Of a stretch of DNA of 64,000 bases, positions 22,068-30,932 are shown in pieces (position 1 is the stretch's first letter; each line of letters starts with the position of its first letter). The notes beneath the pieces were generated by a model. It had not been told where the DNA came from, did no database searches, and saw nothing but the letters and a program-made list of their open reading frames with translations. The position numbers were made by a program, and so were the translations under genes. The stretch comes from an uncultured bacterium (lineage in GTDB: Bacteria > Bacillota_I > Bacilli_A > RFN20 > CAG-826): NCBI GenBank assembly GCA_949288485.1, contig CASEKC010000001.1:71070-135069 (forward strand), written 5' to 3'.

Positions 22068-22934
22068 AATTTTAACAAATTGTTCAACTTTTTGTCTACT
22101 TGTTGAAGTCGCTGATAAAATGGCGACTTTTTTTATATTTTGATTAATTTTTAAAGTTTTTAATTCATCAATAGTTGAAATTAAATAAGCTTCTTTGTTT
22201 GATTTTTTAATATAATTTGTTAATTCATTGGCATTTGAACTATTTTTATCACCGATAACTAAAAATAAATCATAATAATTAATATTTCTATCAATTTCAT
22301 CAAACCTTAATTTTAATGCAGGGCAGAAATTATCTATAAAAGAAAATTGATCTTTATAAGGTAGAGTATATATTTTTTCTTTGAAAGGTTTTAATGATAA
22401 TGTTGATTGGTTAATTATTATAGATTGATGATTTTCAAAATTGATTTTATCTAGGTCATCTTTTTTATCAATAATAATTAATTTTCGATATTTTTTTATA
22501 AAAGTTATTGTTGATAAACATTCTATATGATCTTTTTTACCATAATAATAAACATTTGTATTTTCAAAATCTTTATTAGCTAAAAGAGTATTTATTTTAG
22601 TAATTATTGGACAAGTTGCATCAATATATTGAATATTATTTTTATTAAAAATTTCATCGATAAGTAAATCATGTCCATGGGCTGAAAAAATAAAAATGGT
22701 ATTAGTAAGATCGTAATTAGAAATTGTTTTCATAATAGAATTCTTTTCAGGAATTATATTTAAAATTTCTATTTCTTGCTCTTTTAAAAAATCATTGGTT
22801 TCTTTATTGTGTATTAATTCACCCAATATAACGATTTTGTTGTTTTTAAACTTTTCTTTTGTTTGTAATGCGATTGTGATTGATCTTTCTACACCATTAC
22901 AAAAACCAATAGGCTTTAATAATTCGATTTTCAT
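22050..22934 (-). CDS. ispH: 4-hydroxy-3-methylbut-2-enyl diphosphate reductase
   Basis: GFCNGV, IHN, SAHG, DATCP, third Cys (FCPA), SSN. Confidence 0.9.
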   Translation of the reverse strand: MKIELLKPIGFCNGVERSITIALQTKEKFKNNKIVILGELIHNKETNDFLKEQEIEILNIIPEKNSIMKTISNYDLTNTIFIFSAHGHDLLIDEIFNKNNIQYIDATCPIITKINTLLANKDFENTNVYYYGKKDHIECLSTITFIKKYRKLIIIDKKDDLDKINFENHQSIIINQSTLSLKPFKEKIYTLPYKDQFSFIDNFCPALKLRFDEIDRNINYYDLFLVIGDKNSSNANELTNYIKKSNKEAYLISTIDELKTLKINQNIKKVAILSATSTSRQKVEQFVKILNDNW

Positions 22935-22991
22935 GCTGAAATTTTATCATTTTTAATGAAGATTTATTAGTAATAAGATAAAATATTGATT

Positions 22992-24341
22992 ATGAAATTT
23001 GAGTCATTTAATTTAAAACCAGATATTATTAAAGCTCTTCATGCATTAAATTATGAAGAAGCAACAAGCATTCAAGATATTGCTATTCCAAAAATTTTAA
23101 AAAAAGAAAATGTTATTGTTAAAAGCGAGACTGGAAGTGGTAAAACACATTCTTTTTTAATTCCAATTTTGAATAATTTGACGTTTGATAGAGGAATTGA
23201 AGCTTTAATCATTGTTCCAACAAATGAACTTGCTATTCAAACCTATGAATTTTTCAAAGAATTTAAAGATTATTTTCCATCACTAGCAATAAAATTAATT
23301 ATTAATGGAGTCGGTTTAAAAAAAGGAGAACAACAATTGAAAACAAATTCTCAAATAATTATTGCAACTCCTACAAGACTTTCGTATCTTTTAGAAGATA
23401 AGTCGATTAATTTGGAAAATTGTAAAACTTTGGTGCTTGATGAAGCTGATATGCTTGCTGAAACAGGTTTTTTTGGCGATATTGAAAAAGTTTATAACAA
23501 ATTAAATAACCCTCAAATTGTTGTTTTAAGTGCAACAATTTCCCAATCTGTTCGTGATTTTTTAAAGAAAAATTTACCAAACGATCTTATTATTGAAGAT
23601 GAAAAGAACTCTTTAAAAAATAAGATTACTCATTATTTTATAAATACTAAACATATAGATTTACTCGAATCTGTTGAAATTTTTCTTAAAAATATAAATC
23701 CTTATCTTCTTTTTATTTTTGCAAACACAAAAAAAGAAGTTAATGATATTTATCTATTTTTAAAGAAAAATAAATATAAAGTTGGAATTATATCAGGTGA
23801 ATTATCTTTAAGAGAACGTAAAGCAATGCTAAGAAGGGCGAATAATAATGATTTTCAAATTTTAGTTTGCTCTGATTTAGCTTCAAGGGGCATTGATGTT
23901 AATGATGTTAGCGATGTTTTAAGTGTTAATATTCCAAATAATATTGAATATTATTTTCACCGTGCTGGAAGAACTGCAAGAAACGGTAAAGAAGGCAATT
24001 CTTATGTTTTTTATAATCATGATTCTCTTGATAAAGTCAATCAACTTATTAATTTAGGTATTGATCCCAAATACTTAAAAATTACTAATAAAGAACTAGT
24101 TATTGACCAAAAGCCTGAAACTAAAAAGAAAATGAATTATGTAAACGTTGAACTTGTAAAAGAAATTAATAAAGTAACATCACGTATAAAAACAAAAAAT
24201 GTCAAACCAAATTATAAGAAAAAAGTTCGTGTTGAAGCCGAAAAAGTTAAAAGAAAATATAAAAGAAAAATGATTAAAAAAGAAATCAGAAAAGAATTAG
24301 ACAAGAAATTTAAGAGTGAAGGTAAAAAAAATGGAAGGTAA
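22992..24341 (+). CDS. cshB: DEAD-box RNA helicase (CshB-like)
   Basis: ETGSGKT, PTNELA, LDEAD, SAT, HRAGRTAR; upstream of nfo. Confidence 0.85.
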   Translation: MKFESFNLKPDIIKALHALNYEEATSIQDIAIPKILKKENVIVKSETGSGKTHSFLIPILNNLTFDRGIEALIIVPTNELAIQTYEFFKEFKDYFPSLAIKLIINGVGLKKGEQQLKTNSQIIIATPTRLSYLLEDKSINLENCKTLVLDEADMLAETGFFGDIEKVYNKLNNPQIVVLSATISQSVRDFLKKNLPNDLIIEDEKNSLKNKITHYFINTKHIDLLESVEIFLKNINPYLLFIFANTKKEVNDIYLFLKKNKYKVGIISGELSLRERKAMLRRANNNDFQILVCSDLASRGIDVNDVSDVLSVNIPNNIEYYFHRAGRTARNGKEGNSYVFYNHDSLDKVNQLINLGIDPKYLKITNKELVIDQKPETKKKMNYVNVELVKEINKVTSRIKTKNVKPNYKKKVRVEAEKVKRKYKRKMIKKEIRKELDKKFKSEGKKNGR

Positions 24342-25224
24342 AATTTTAATTGGTTCGCATGTAAGTATGTCGGGCCCTAATTATTTTTTGGGAAGTGTTA
24401 AAGAAGCACTTTCTTATGGAGAAAATGTATTAATGTTTTATACAGGCGCTCCTCAAAATAATAAAAGAACACCTACTGATAAATGTAAAATTGAAGAAGG
24501 ATTGAAATTAGCTAAAGAAAATAATATGGAGATTTCAAAATTTATTTGTCATGCTCCATATATGATAAATTTAGGCAATCCTGATGAAGAAAAGTTTAAA
24601 TTTTCAAAAGAATTTTTAAAATCTGAAATTTTACGTTGTGCTGATTTTAAATGTCGTTATTTAGTATTACATCCAGGATTACATGTTCACGCAGGAGAAG
24701 ATGTAGGATTAAACAATATTATTCGTGGTTTAAATGAAGTTTTAGAGGAAGTAAAAGATTTAGGTGTTATTATTTGTTTAGAAACAATGGCTGGTAAAGG
24801 AACTGAACTCGGAACAACATTTGAACAAATAAGAAGAATTATTGATGGCGTTAAATTTAAAGATAAAATCGGTGTTTGTTTAGATACTTGTCATATTAAT
24901 GATGCCGGTTATATAGTTGATGATATTGATAATGTTTTAAACGCTTTTGATTCTATTATAGGACTTGAAAGATTAAAAGTAATTCATCTTAACGATTCTA
25001 AAAACCCTTTAGGTGCCCATAAAGATCGTCATGAAAATATAGGATTTGGTGAAATTGGATTTAATTCTTTAATTAAATATGTCTATGATCCACGTTTAAA
25101 AGATATTCCTAAAATATTAGAAACGCCATATATCGAAAACAAAGCACCTTATAAAGAAGAGATTGAAATGATAAAAAAGAAGGAATTTAATCCTTCTTTA
25201 AAAGAATTTATTGCTTCGAAATAG
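24331..25224 (+). CDS. nfo: Endonuclease IV
   Basis: GSHVSM, HAPY, LETMAGKG, DTCH, HLNDSK, DRHENIG. Confidence 0.97.
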   Translation: MEGKILIGSHVSMSGPNYFLGSVKEALSYGENVLMFYTGAPQNNKRTPTDKCKIEEGLKLAKENNMEISKFICHAPYMINLGNPDEEKFKFSKEFLKSEILRCADFKCRYLVLHPGLHVHAGEDVGLNNIIRGLNEVLEEVKDLGVIICLETMAGKGTELGTTFEQIRRIIDGVKFKDKIGVCLDTCHINDAGYIVDDIDNVLNAFDSIIGLERLKVIHLNDSKNPLGAHKDRHENIGFGEIGFNSLIKYVYDPRLKDIPKILETPYIENKAPYKEEIEMIKKKEFNPSLKEFIASK

Positions 25225-26266
25225 ATAATTTATTAATTTCTTTAATTAATTCATCGTATAAATTCTCTTCATCAACAGTTTTAATAATTTTTTTGTTTTT
25301 AAATATAATAAACTTTTTATTAGCGCCGGCAATTCCAATGTCGGCGTTTTTACTTTCACCAATTCCATTGACAATACAACCCATTATAGCAATTTTTATG
25401 TTAATATTATTTTTTTCTAAATAATTTGTTATTTTTAAAGCGATTTCTTTAAGATTTCTAACACCGCATCTTCCACAAGTTGGACATGAAATAATTGTTG
25501 GATAATTTGGGTAAAGATTTAAATCGTGTAGCATTCTTTTAGCAGTTATAACTTCTAATAAAGGATCGTTAGTTAAAGAAACACGAATTGTATTTCCTAT
25601 ACCATCCATTAATAGTCTTGAAAGACCAATTGTTGAACGAATTATACCAATATCTTCAAAGCCGCTTTCAGTTACACCGATATGTAAAGGATATAATGTC
25701 TTTTTGGCTAATTTTTTATAAATTTTAATTGTTTTTAAAGGAGAAGATGATTTAACACTTATTACAATATTATTAAAATCATAACTTTCAAAAAAAGAAA
25801 CAATATTTAAAGTTAGTTCTACAAGTCCATTTATAGAATTAATATTCTTGCCATCAGGAGTAGTTGACCCTTCATTTAAGCCTATTCTAATTGCGACATT
25901 TTTTTCTTTTGCTTTTTTAATAATAGAAACTAATTTTTCTTTAGGAGTATTAATCGGATTGATACGAATTTTATCAATTCCATTTTCCATTGCTAAAAGT
26001 GCAAGTTCATCACTAAAATGAATATCTCCAACTAATGGAATATTAATTCTTTTTTTTATTTCTTTAATTGCTAAAGCATCATCTTTATCTAATATCGAAA
26101 CTCTCATTAAAGAAGCTCCTGCTTTTGCACAAGAATTTAGTTCGTTTACAACTTCATCTATATTAGAAGTTTTTATATCGCACATTGATTGAATTAATAC
26201 TTTATTATCACCACCAAGTGTTAAATTACCTATTTTTACAGTTTTTGTTTTTTCTCTTAATTTCAT
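25208..26266 (-). CDS. ispG: HMBPP synthase IspG (GcpE)
   Basis: IQSM, DIHF, RINP, PLHIGVTE, SCPTCGRC, MGCIVNG. Confidence 0.95.
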   Translation of the reverse strand: MKLREKTKTVKIGNLTLGGDNKVLIQSMCDIKTSNIDEVVNELNSCAKAGASLMRVSILDKDDALAIKEIKKRINIPLVGDIHFSDELALLAMENGIDKIRINPINTPKEKLVSIIKKAKEKNVAIRIGLNEGSTTPDGKNINSINGLVELTLNIVSFFESYDFNNIVISVKSSSPLKTIKIYKKLAKKTLYPLHIGVTESGFEDIGIIRSTIGLSRLLMDGIGNTIRVSLTNDPLLEVITAKRMLHDLNLYPNYPTIISCPTCGRCGVRNLKEIALKITNYLEKNNINIKIAIMGCIVNGIGESKNADIGIAGANKKFIIFKNKKIIKTVDEENLYDELIKEINKLSISKQ

Positions 26267-26361
26267 GGGAATAATTATACTTAAAAATGAGTAAATATTG
26301 TAGAAAAATGACAACTTTTGTGTTATTATTATTTGACTTTAAGAAGTGAGGTGATTTTTTT

Positions 26362-26511
26362 ATGCGCGATAACATTATTTTAAAATGTACAGTCTGTGGT
26401 GAAGAACAATATATTACAAGCAAAAATAAGAAAAACAATCCAGATAGAATTGAAAAAAATAAATATTGTCCACATTGCCGTAAAGTTACTGTTTTCAAAG
26501 AAAAGAAATAG
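26362..26511 (+). CDS. rpmG: 50S ribosomal protein L33 (49 aa, missing from the ORF track)
   Basis: Translated by hand: [58 protein letters not shown]. Confidence 0.97.
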   Translation: MRDNIILKCTVCGEEQYITSKNKKNNPDRIEKNKYCPHCRKVTVFKEKK

Positions 26512-26527
26512 TAATTTTATATAAAAT

Positions 26528-27172
26528 ATGGTTAAAATTTTTCGATTTGATAGCGAATACGATGACGAATTTTGCTCTAATAGTTATGTTATTGGAGAAA
26601 AAGGTGGACCTTTTATCCTAGTTGATATTGGCTCCACTAGTGATCGTATATTAAATTATGTTAAAGAAAATCATACAAGTTGTTTAGGTGTTTTATTAAC
26701 TCATGGACATTTTGATCATTTTAGAGGTTTAGATAAATTTCTAAAACATTATAATTGCACTGTATTCATTGATAAGGATGAAGAAGAAAAATTGCATAAT
26801 GCTCGATTAAATTGTTCTAAAATGAATGGTGAAGATTTAACTATTGACTTAAATAATATTTATTTACTTGATGATGAAGATGAAATCAATTTCATAAATA
26901 AATATTATATTAAAGTTATTGAAACCACATTTCATACTAATGGAAGTGTTTGTTATTTATTAAAAACTGAAAATGCTCTTTTTACAGGCGATACCCTTTT
27001 TAAAGGAAGTATTGGTAGAACCGATTTACCTACTAGTTCAAATCGTAGTATTAAAGATAGTTTAAATAAAATTGCTAAGTTAGATCCTAATTTAACAATT
27101 TATCCAGGACATGGTGAAATAACAACTTTAAATAAAGAGTTAGGAACAATTACTTATTTTGGAGGAAATTAA
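26528..27172 (+). CDS. MBL-fold metallo-hydrolase (glyoxalase II-like)
   Basis: THGHFDH, FTGDTLF, GRTDLP, PGHG. Confidence 0.92.
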   Translation: MVKIFRFDSEYDDEFCSNSYVIGEKGGPFILVDIGSTSDRILNYVKENHTSCLGVLLTHGHFDHFRGLDKFLKHYNCTVFIDKDEEEKLHNARLNCSKMNGEDLTIDLNNIYLLDDEDEINFINKYYIKVIETTFHTNGSVCYLLKTENALFTGDTLFKGSIGRTDLPTSSNRSIKDSLNKIAKLDPNLTIYPGHGEITTLNKELGTITYFGGN

Positions 27173-27174
27173 AA

Positions 27175-27732
27175 ATGATTAACGTTACTGAATTAAGACC
27201 AGGAAATTATTTCGAAGATGAAGGCAATATTTATCTCGTTTTAGATATTTTATTAAATAAAACTGCAATGAGAAAAATGGTTGCTAAAGTTAAAGTTAAA
27301 AATTTAAGAACTGGTGCAATTACTGAAATGTCTGCTAATAGTGGTTATCAAGTTGACCCAATTAGATTAGATAAAAAGAAAATGGCTTATTTATATGATA
27401 GTGGAGATTTCTTAGTTTTTATGGATCAAAATACATATGAACAAGTTGAAATTTCTAAAACAAGATTACAATGGGAAATGAAATTCTTAAAAGAAAATCT
27501 TGAAGTTGAAATCGTTACATATAACGATGAAATTTTAGGTATTAATCTTCCTTCAAAAGTTGCTTTAAAAATTGTTCATACAGAACCAGCAGTCAAAGGT
27601 GACTCTGTTAACAAAGCTTTAAAAGAAGCAACACTTGAAACAGGTTTAGTTGTTAAAGTTCCATTATTTATTTCACAAGATGAAGAAGTCTTAGTAAGAA
27701 CCGACACTGGTGATTATGATGGACGTGCTTAG
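27175..27732 (+). CDS. efp: Elongation factor P
   Basis: VKNLRTG, YLYD, FMDQNTYEQ, ATLETG, VPLFI. Confidence 0.95.
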   Translation: MINVTELRPGNYFEDEGNIYLVLDILLNKTAMRKMVAKVKVKNLRTGAITEMSANSGYQVDPIRLDKKKMAYLYDSGDFLVFMDQNTYEQVEISKTRLQWEMKFLKENLEVEIVTYNDEILGINLPSKVALKIVHTEPAVKGDSVNKALKEATLETGLVVKVPLFISQDEEVLVRTDTGDYDGRA

Positions 27733-27753
27733 TCTATAAAAAAGGAAATATAT

Positions 27754-27975
27754 ATGACAATTGAAGTTTGGCAATTTGTTGTTTATTTAATTTTAGCTTT
27801 AATTGTTGGCTTAGTTATCGGCTTTTTTGCAACAAGAGCCTTTATTAAAAAACAAATGGAAAAAAATCCACCTATAAACGAAAAAATGATTCGTGCGATG
27901 TTTATGCAAATGGGTAGAAAACCAAGCGAAGCACAAATTAAAGCTGTTATGAACAGCATGAAAAATCAAAAATAA
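27754..27975 (+). CDS. yneF: YneF/UPF0154 family small membrane protein
   Basis: TM helix followed by NPPINEKMIRAMFMQMGRKPSE. Confidence 0.93.
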   Translation: MTIEVWQFVVYLILALIVGLVIGFFATRAFIKKQMEKNPPINEKMIRAMFMQMGRKPSEAQIKAVMNSMKNQK

Positions 27976-27996
27976 ATTTTAACGATTTGTAATATT

Positions 27997-28028
27997 AAAA
28001 AATGAGAAAATCAATTTCTCATTTTTTT
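27997..28028. terminator. Bidirectional terminator between yneF and plsY
   Basis: AAAAAATGAGAAA-ATCAA-TTTCTCATTTTTTT. Confidence 0.75.
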
Positions 28029-28058
28029 ATTAGCGTTACTTTTACTAGAAGTTAAATA

Positions 28059-28829
28059 TTATTTTTTTCCGATATTATCAATCCATTTAACTTTTGACTC
28101 TGTTTTATTAATTAATCTTTTAATATTTTCACGGTGTTTGAATATTAATAATAAATTACCAAGTGTTGCAACTAGAGGATAAAAAATTGATATTGGACCA
28201 CTTATTGAAAAATACATTAAATAGTTAATAATTTCAGGATTAAAGTTAAATCCTATATATATGAAATAGACTATCCAAGTAAATATCATAAAAGAAGTAG
28301 ACATAATCATTGAAGATAGTGATACGTATTTACTAGCTTTTAAAGATATAAAGAAGATTACAATAAATATAGGGAGTGCTAAATAAGTGGTAGCAAACAT
28401 CAATCCTACAACAGTTGAAACAATTTTTCCACCTTTGAATTTAATAAAGCAACTATATGAATGGCCAATAAAACAAAATAGAGGAACTAAATAGTAACAT
28501 AAATCAGTTAATGAATTACCAAATCCATACCAATAATATACTAAATTATCACCATTCATCAAATTTATAAATGGTTCATAATATTTTGTTAAATACCAAA
28601 TTGCAATCATTGGTATAACTACCTTTAGTGCATCTAGAAAAATTGTTAAAGCGCCTGCAAAATGTGAAATTACTCGGCCAACATTTGTTCCTCCTGGATT
28701 TTTTGATCCATATTCACGAGGATCTTTATGATATATTTTTCCAATAATTACACTATTAGGTATTGAGCCGAATAAGTAACCAACAATGCAACAAGAAATA
28801 ATAATTAAAATACGATAAAAAATAATCAT
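28059..28829 (-). CDS. plsY: Glycerol-3-phosphate acyltransferase PlsY
   Basis: YLFGSIP, GSKNPGGTN, GH..FKGGK, KHRENIKRL. Confidence 0.95.
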   Translation of the reverse strand: MIIFYRILIIISCCIVGYLFGSIPNSVIIGKIYHKDPREYGSKNPGGTNVGRVISHFAGALTIFLDALKVVIPMIAIWYLTKYYEPFINLMNGDNLVYYWYGFGNSLTDLCYYLVPLFCFIGHSYSCFIKFKGGKIVSTVVGLMFATTYLALPIFIVIFFISLKASKYVSLSSMIMSTSFMIFTWIVYFIYIGFNFNPEIINYLMYFSISGPISIFYPLVATLGNLLLIFKHRENIKRLINKTESKVKWIDNIGKK

Positions 28830-28994
28830 AAACAATATTCTAATAGAAAACTTATTTTATTTCTATCGCTAAATAATTTAATATAAAAAAAATACGATAT
28901 TTATCGTATATTTTTTATAAACGAAGTTAAAATACATATTAAAAAATATAGTGAAAAATAGACTTATTTTTGTTATAATTTTAAAGGAATTTTT

Positions 28995-30932
28995 ATGGAA
29001 AATAAGAAAGAATATAACGCTAGTAGTATTGAAGTTTTAGAAGGTCTTGAAGCTGTAAGAAAAAGACCTGGTATGTATATTGGAAGTACCGATACTTATG
29101 GTCTTCATCATTTAGTGTGGGAAATTTTAAATAACTCAGTTGATGAAGCTATCAATGGTTTTGGTAATAAAATTTATTTAATTATTCATAAAGATGGTTC
29201 AATTACTATTTCCGATGAAGGTAGAGGAATTCCTTGTGATATTCATAAAAAAACCGGTATTCCTGCAATTCAATTAATTTTAACAACTCTTCATAGTGGT
29301 GGAAAATTTAACGAAAATTCATATAAAACTAGTGGTGGACTCCATGGTGTTGGTAGCAGTGTTACTAATGCATTATCTTCTTTTATGGATGTTGTTGTCC
29401 AAAAAGATGGAAATATTTATGAAATATCTTTTGAAAATGGTGGAAAACTAAAAAAACCTTTGACAGTTATAGGAAAAACTAATCGTCATGGAACATCAAC
29501 AACTTTTAAACCGGATAAAACAATTTTTAAAACTACAGAATTTAGTTTTGAAAGAATTTATAATTATTTACAAGAATCCGCTTTTTTACTTAAAAATGTT
29601 CATTTTTATTTAATTGACGAAAGAGATAATAAAAAGGTTGAATTCTTTTATGAAAACGGTATAAAAGATTATATTCACGAAATCGAAATAGAGAAAAAAC
29701 CATTAGGAAACGCTCTATATTTTGAAGATACAATCGAAGGGATTCAAGTTGAGGTTGCTTTCGAATATTTTTACGATGATTATGGTGAAAATATTAAAAG
29801 TTATGTTAATAATATTAGAACAATTGATGGCGGAAGCCATGAAATTGGTTTTAAATTAGGTATAACTCGTGCAGTTAATGACTATATTGAAAATAATGGT
29901 TTAGCAAAAAATAAACAAAAGCTTGAAGGAAGTGACATTAGAGAAGGATTAACAGCAATAATTTCTTTAAGAGTCCCTGAATCCATTCTTCAATTTGAAG
30001 GTCAAACAAAAACGAAATTAGGAACTCCACAAGCTCAAACAGTTGTTAATAATTTTATTTATCAAAATTTCACATATTATTTAAATGAAAATAAAGAATT
30101 TGCTATAAATTTAGTTAAAAAATGTATTGATTCACAAACTGCTAGATTGGCTGCAAGAAAGGCTAAAGAAGAAGCTAGAAATAAGAAAAAAACTAGTAAA
30201 GAGCAAGTTATTTTAAGTGATAAATTAACACCTGCTCAATCTAAAGATTATAAACAAAACGAACTTTTTATTGTTGAGGGAGATTCTGCTGGAGGTACAG
30301 CCAAAAAAGGAAGAGATCCAAGATATCAAGCAATATTGCCTTTAAGAGGAAAACCAAAAAATACTGATGGTTTAGCCGTTTCAAAGATTATGGAAAACCA
30401 AGAATTTGCAACAATTGTAAATACAATTGGTGCTGGAATTGGAAATGATTTTGATATTGATGATATTAAATACGATAAAATTATAATTATGACCGATGCT
30501 GATACTGACGGAGCACACATCCAAACACTTTTATTAACATTTTTCTATAATTATATGAAACCTTTAATTACGGAAGGACATGTTTTTGTTGCTGTTCCAC
30601 CTCTTTATAGAGTTTTTAAAAATGAAAAAGGTAAAACAATTGAAAAATATTGTTATGATGAAACAGATTTAGATAAAGCAAAACAAGAACTCGGAAAAGG
30701 CTATTCTATTTCACGTTTTAAAGGTTTAGGTGAAATGAGTGATAAACAATTAAAATTTACAACGATGGATAAAGAACATCGTTTATTAATGAAAGTTTCT
30801 ATCCATGATCCTGTAATTTGTGAAAAGAAAATTACTATTTTAATGGGTGATGATGCCGAAAAAAGAAGAAAATGGCTCGAAGAATATGTTGATTTTAATG
30901 AAAACGATAATTTTATAAAGGAAATTAAATAA
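28995..30932 (+). CDS. parE: DNA topoisomerase IV subunit B
   Basis: EAVRKRPGMYIG, GGLHGVG, VEGDSAGG, MTDADTDGAHIQTLLLTFF; paired with parC. Confidence 0.9.
   Translation: MENKKEYNASSIEVLEGLEAVRKRPGMYIGSTDTYGLHHLVWEILNNSVDEAINGFGNKIYLIIHKDGSITISDEGRGIPCDIHKKTGIPAIQLILTTLHSGGKFNENSYKTSGGLHGVGSSVTNALSSFMDVVVQKDGNIYEISFENGGKLKKPLTVIGKTNRHGTSTTFKPDKTIFKTTEFSFERIYNYLQESAFLLKNVHFYLIDERDNKKVEFFYENGIKDYIHEIEIEKKPLGNALYFEDTIEGIQVEVAFEYFYDDYGENIKSYVNNIRTIDGGSHEIGFKLGITRAVNDYIENNGLAKNKQKLEGSDIREGLTAIISLRVPESILQFEGQTKTKLGTPQAQTVVNNFIYQNFTYYLNENKEFAINLVKKCIDSQTARLAARKAKEEARNKKKTSKEQVILSDKLTPAQSKDYKQNELFIVEGDSAGGTAKKGRDPRYQAILPLRGKPKNTDGLAVSKIMENQEFATIVNTIGAGIGNDFDIDDIKYDKIIIMTDADTDGAHIQTLLLTFFYNYMKPLITEGHVFVAVPPLYRVFKNEKGKTIEKYCYDETDLDKAKQELGKGYSISRFKGLGEMSDKQLKFTTMDKEHRLLMKVSIHDPVICEKKITILMGDDAEKRRKWLEEYVDFNENDNFIKEIK

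Noticed and set aside
26226..26498. 90-aa minus-strand ORF
   Set aside because: Overlaps the real rpmG on the plus strand and the ispG start.
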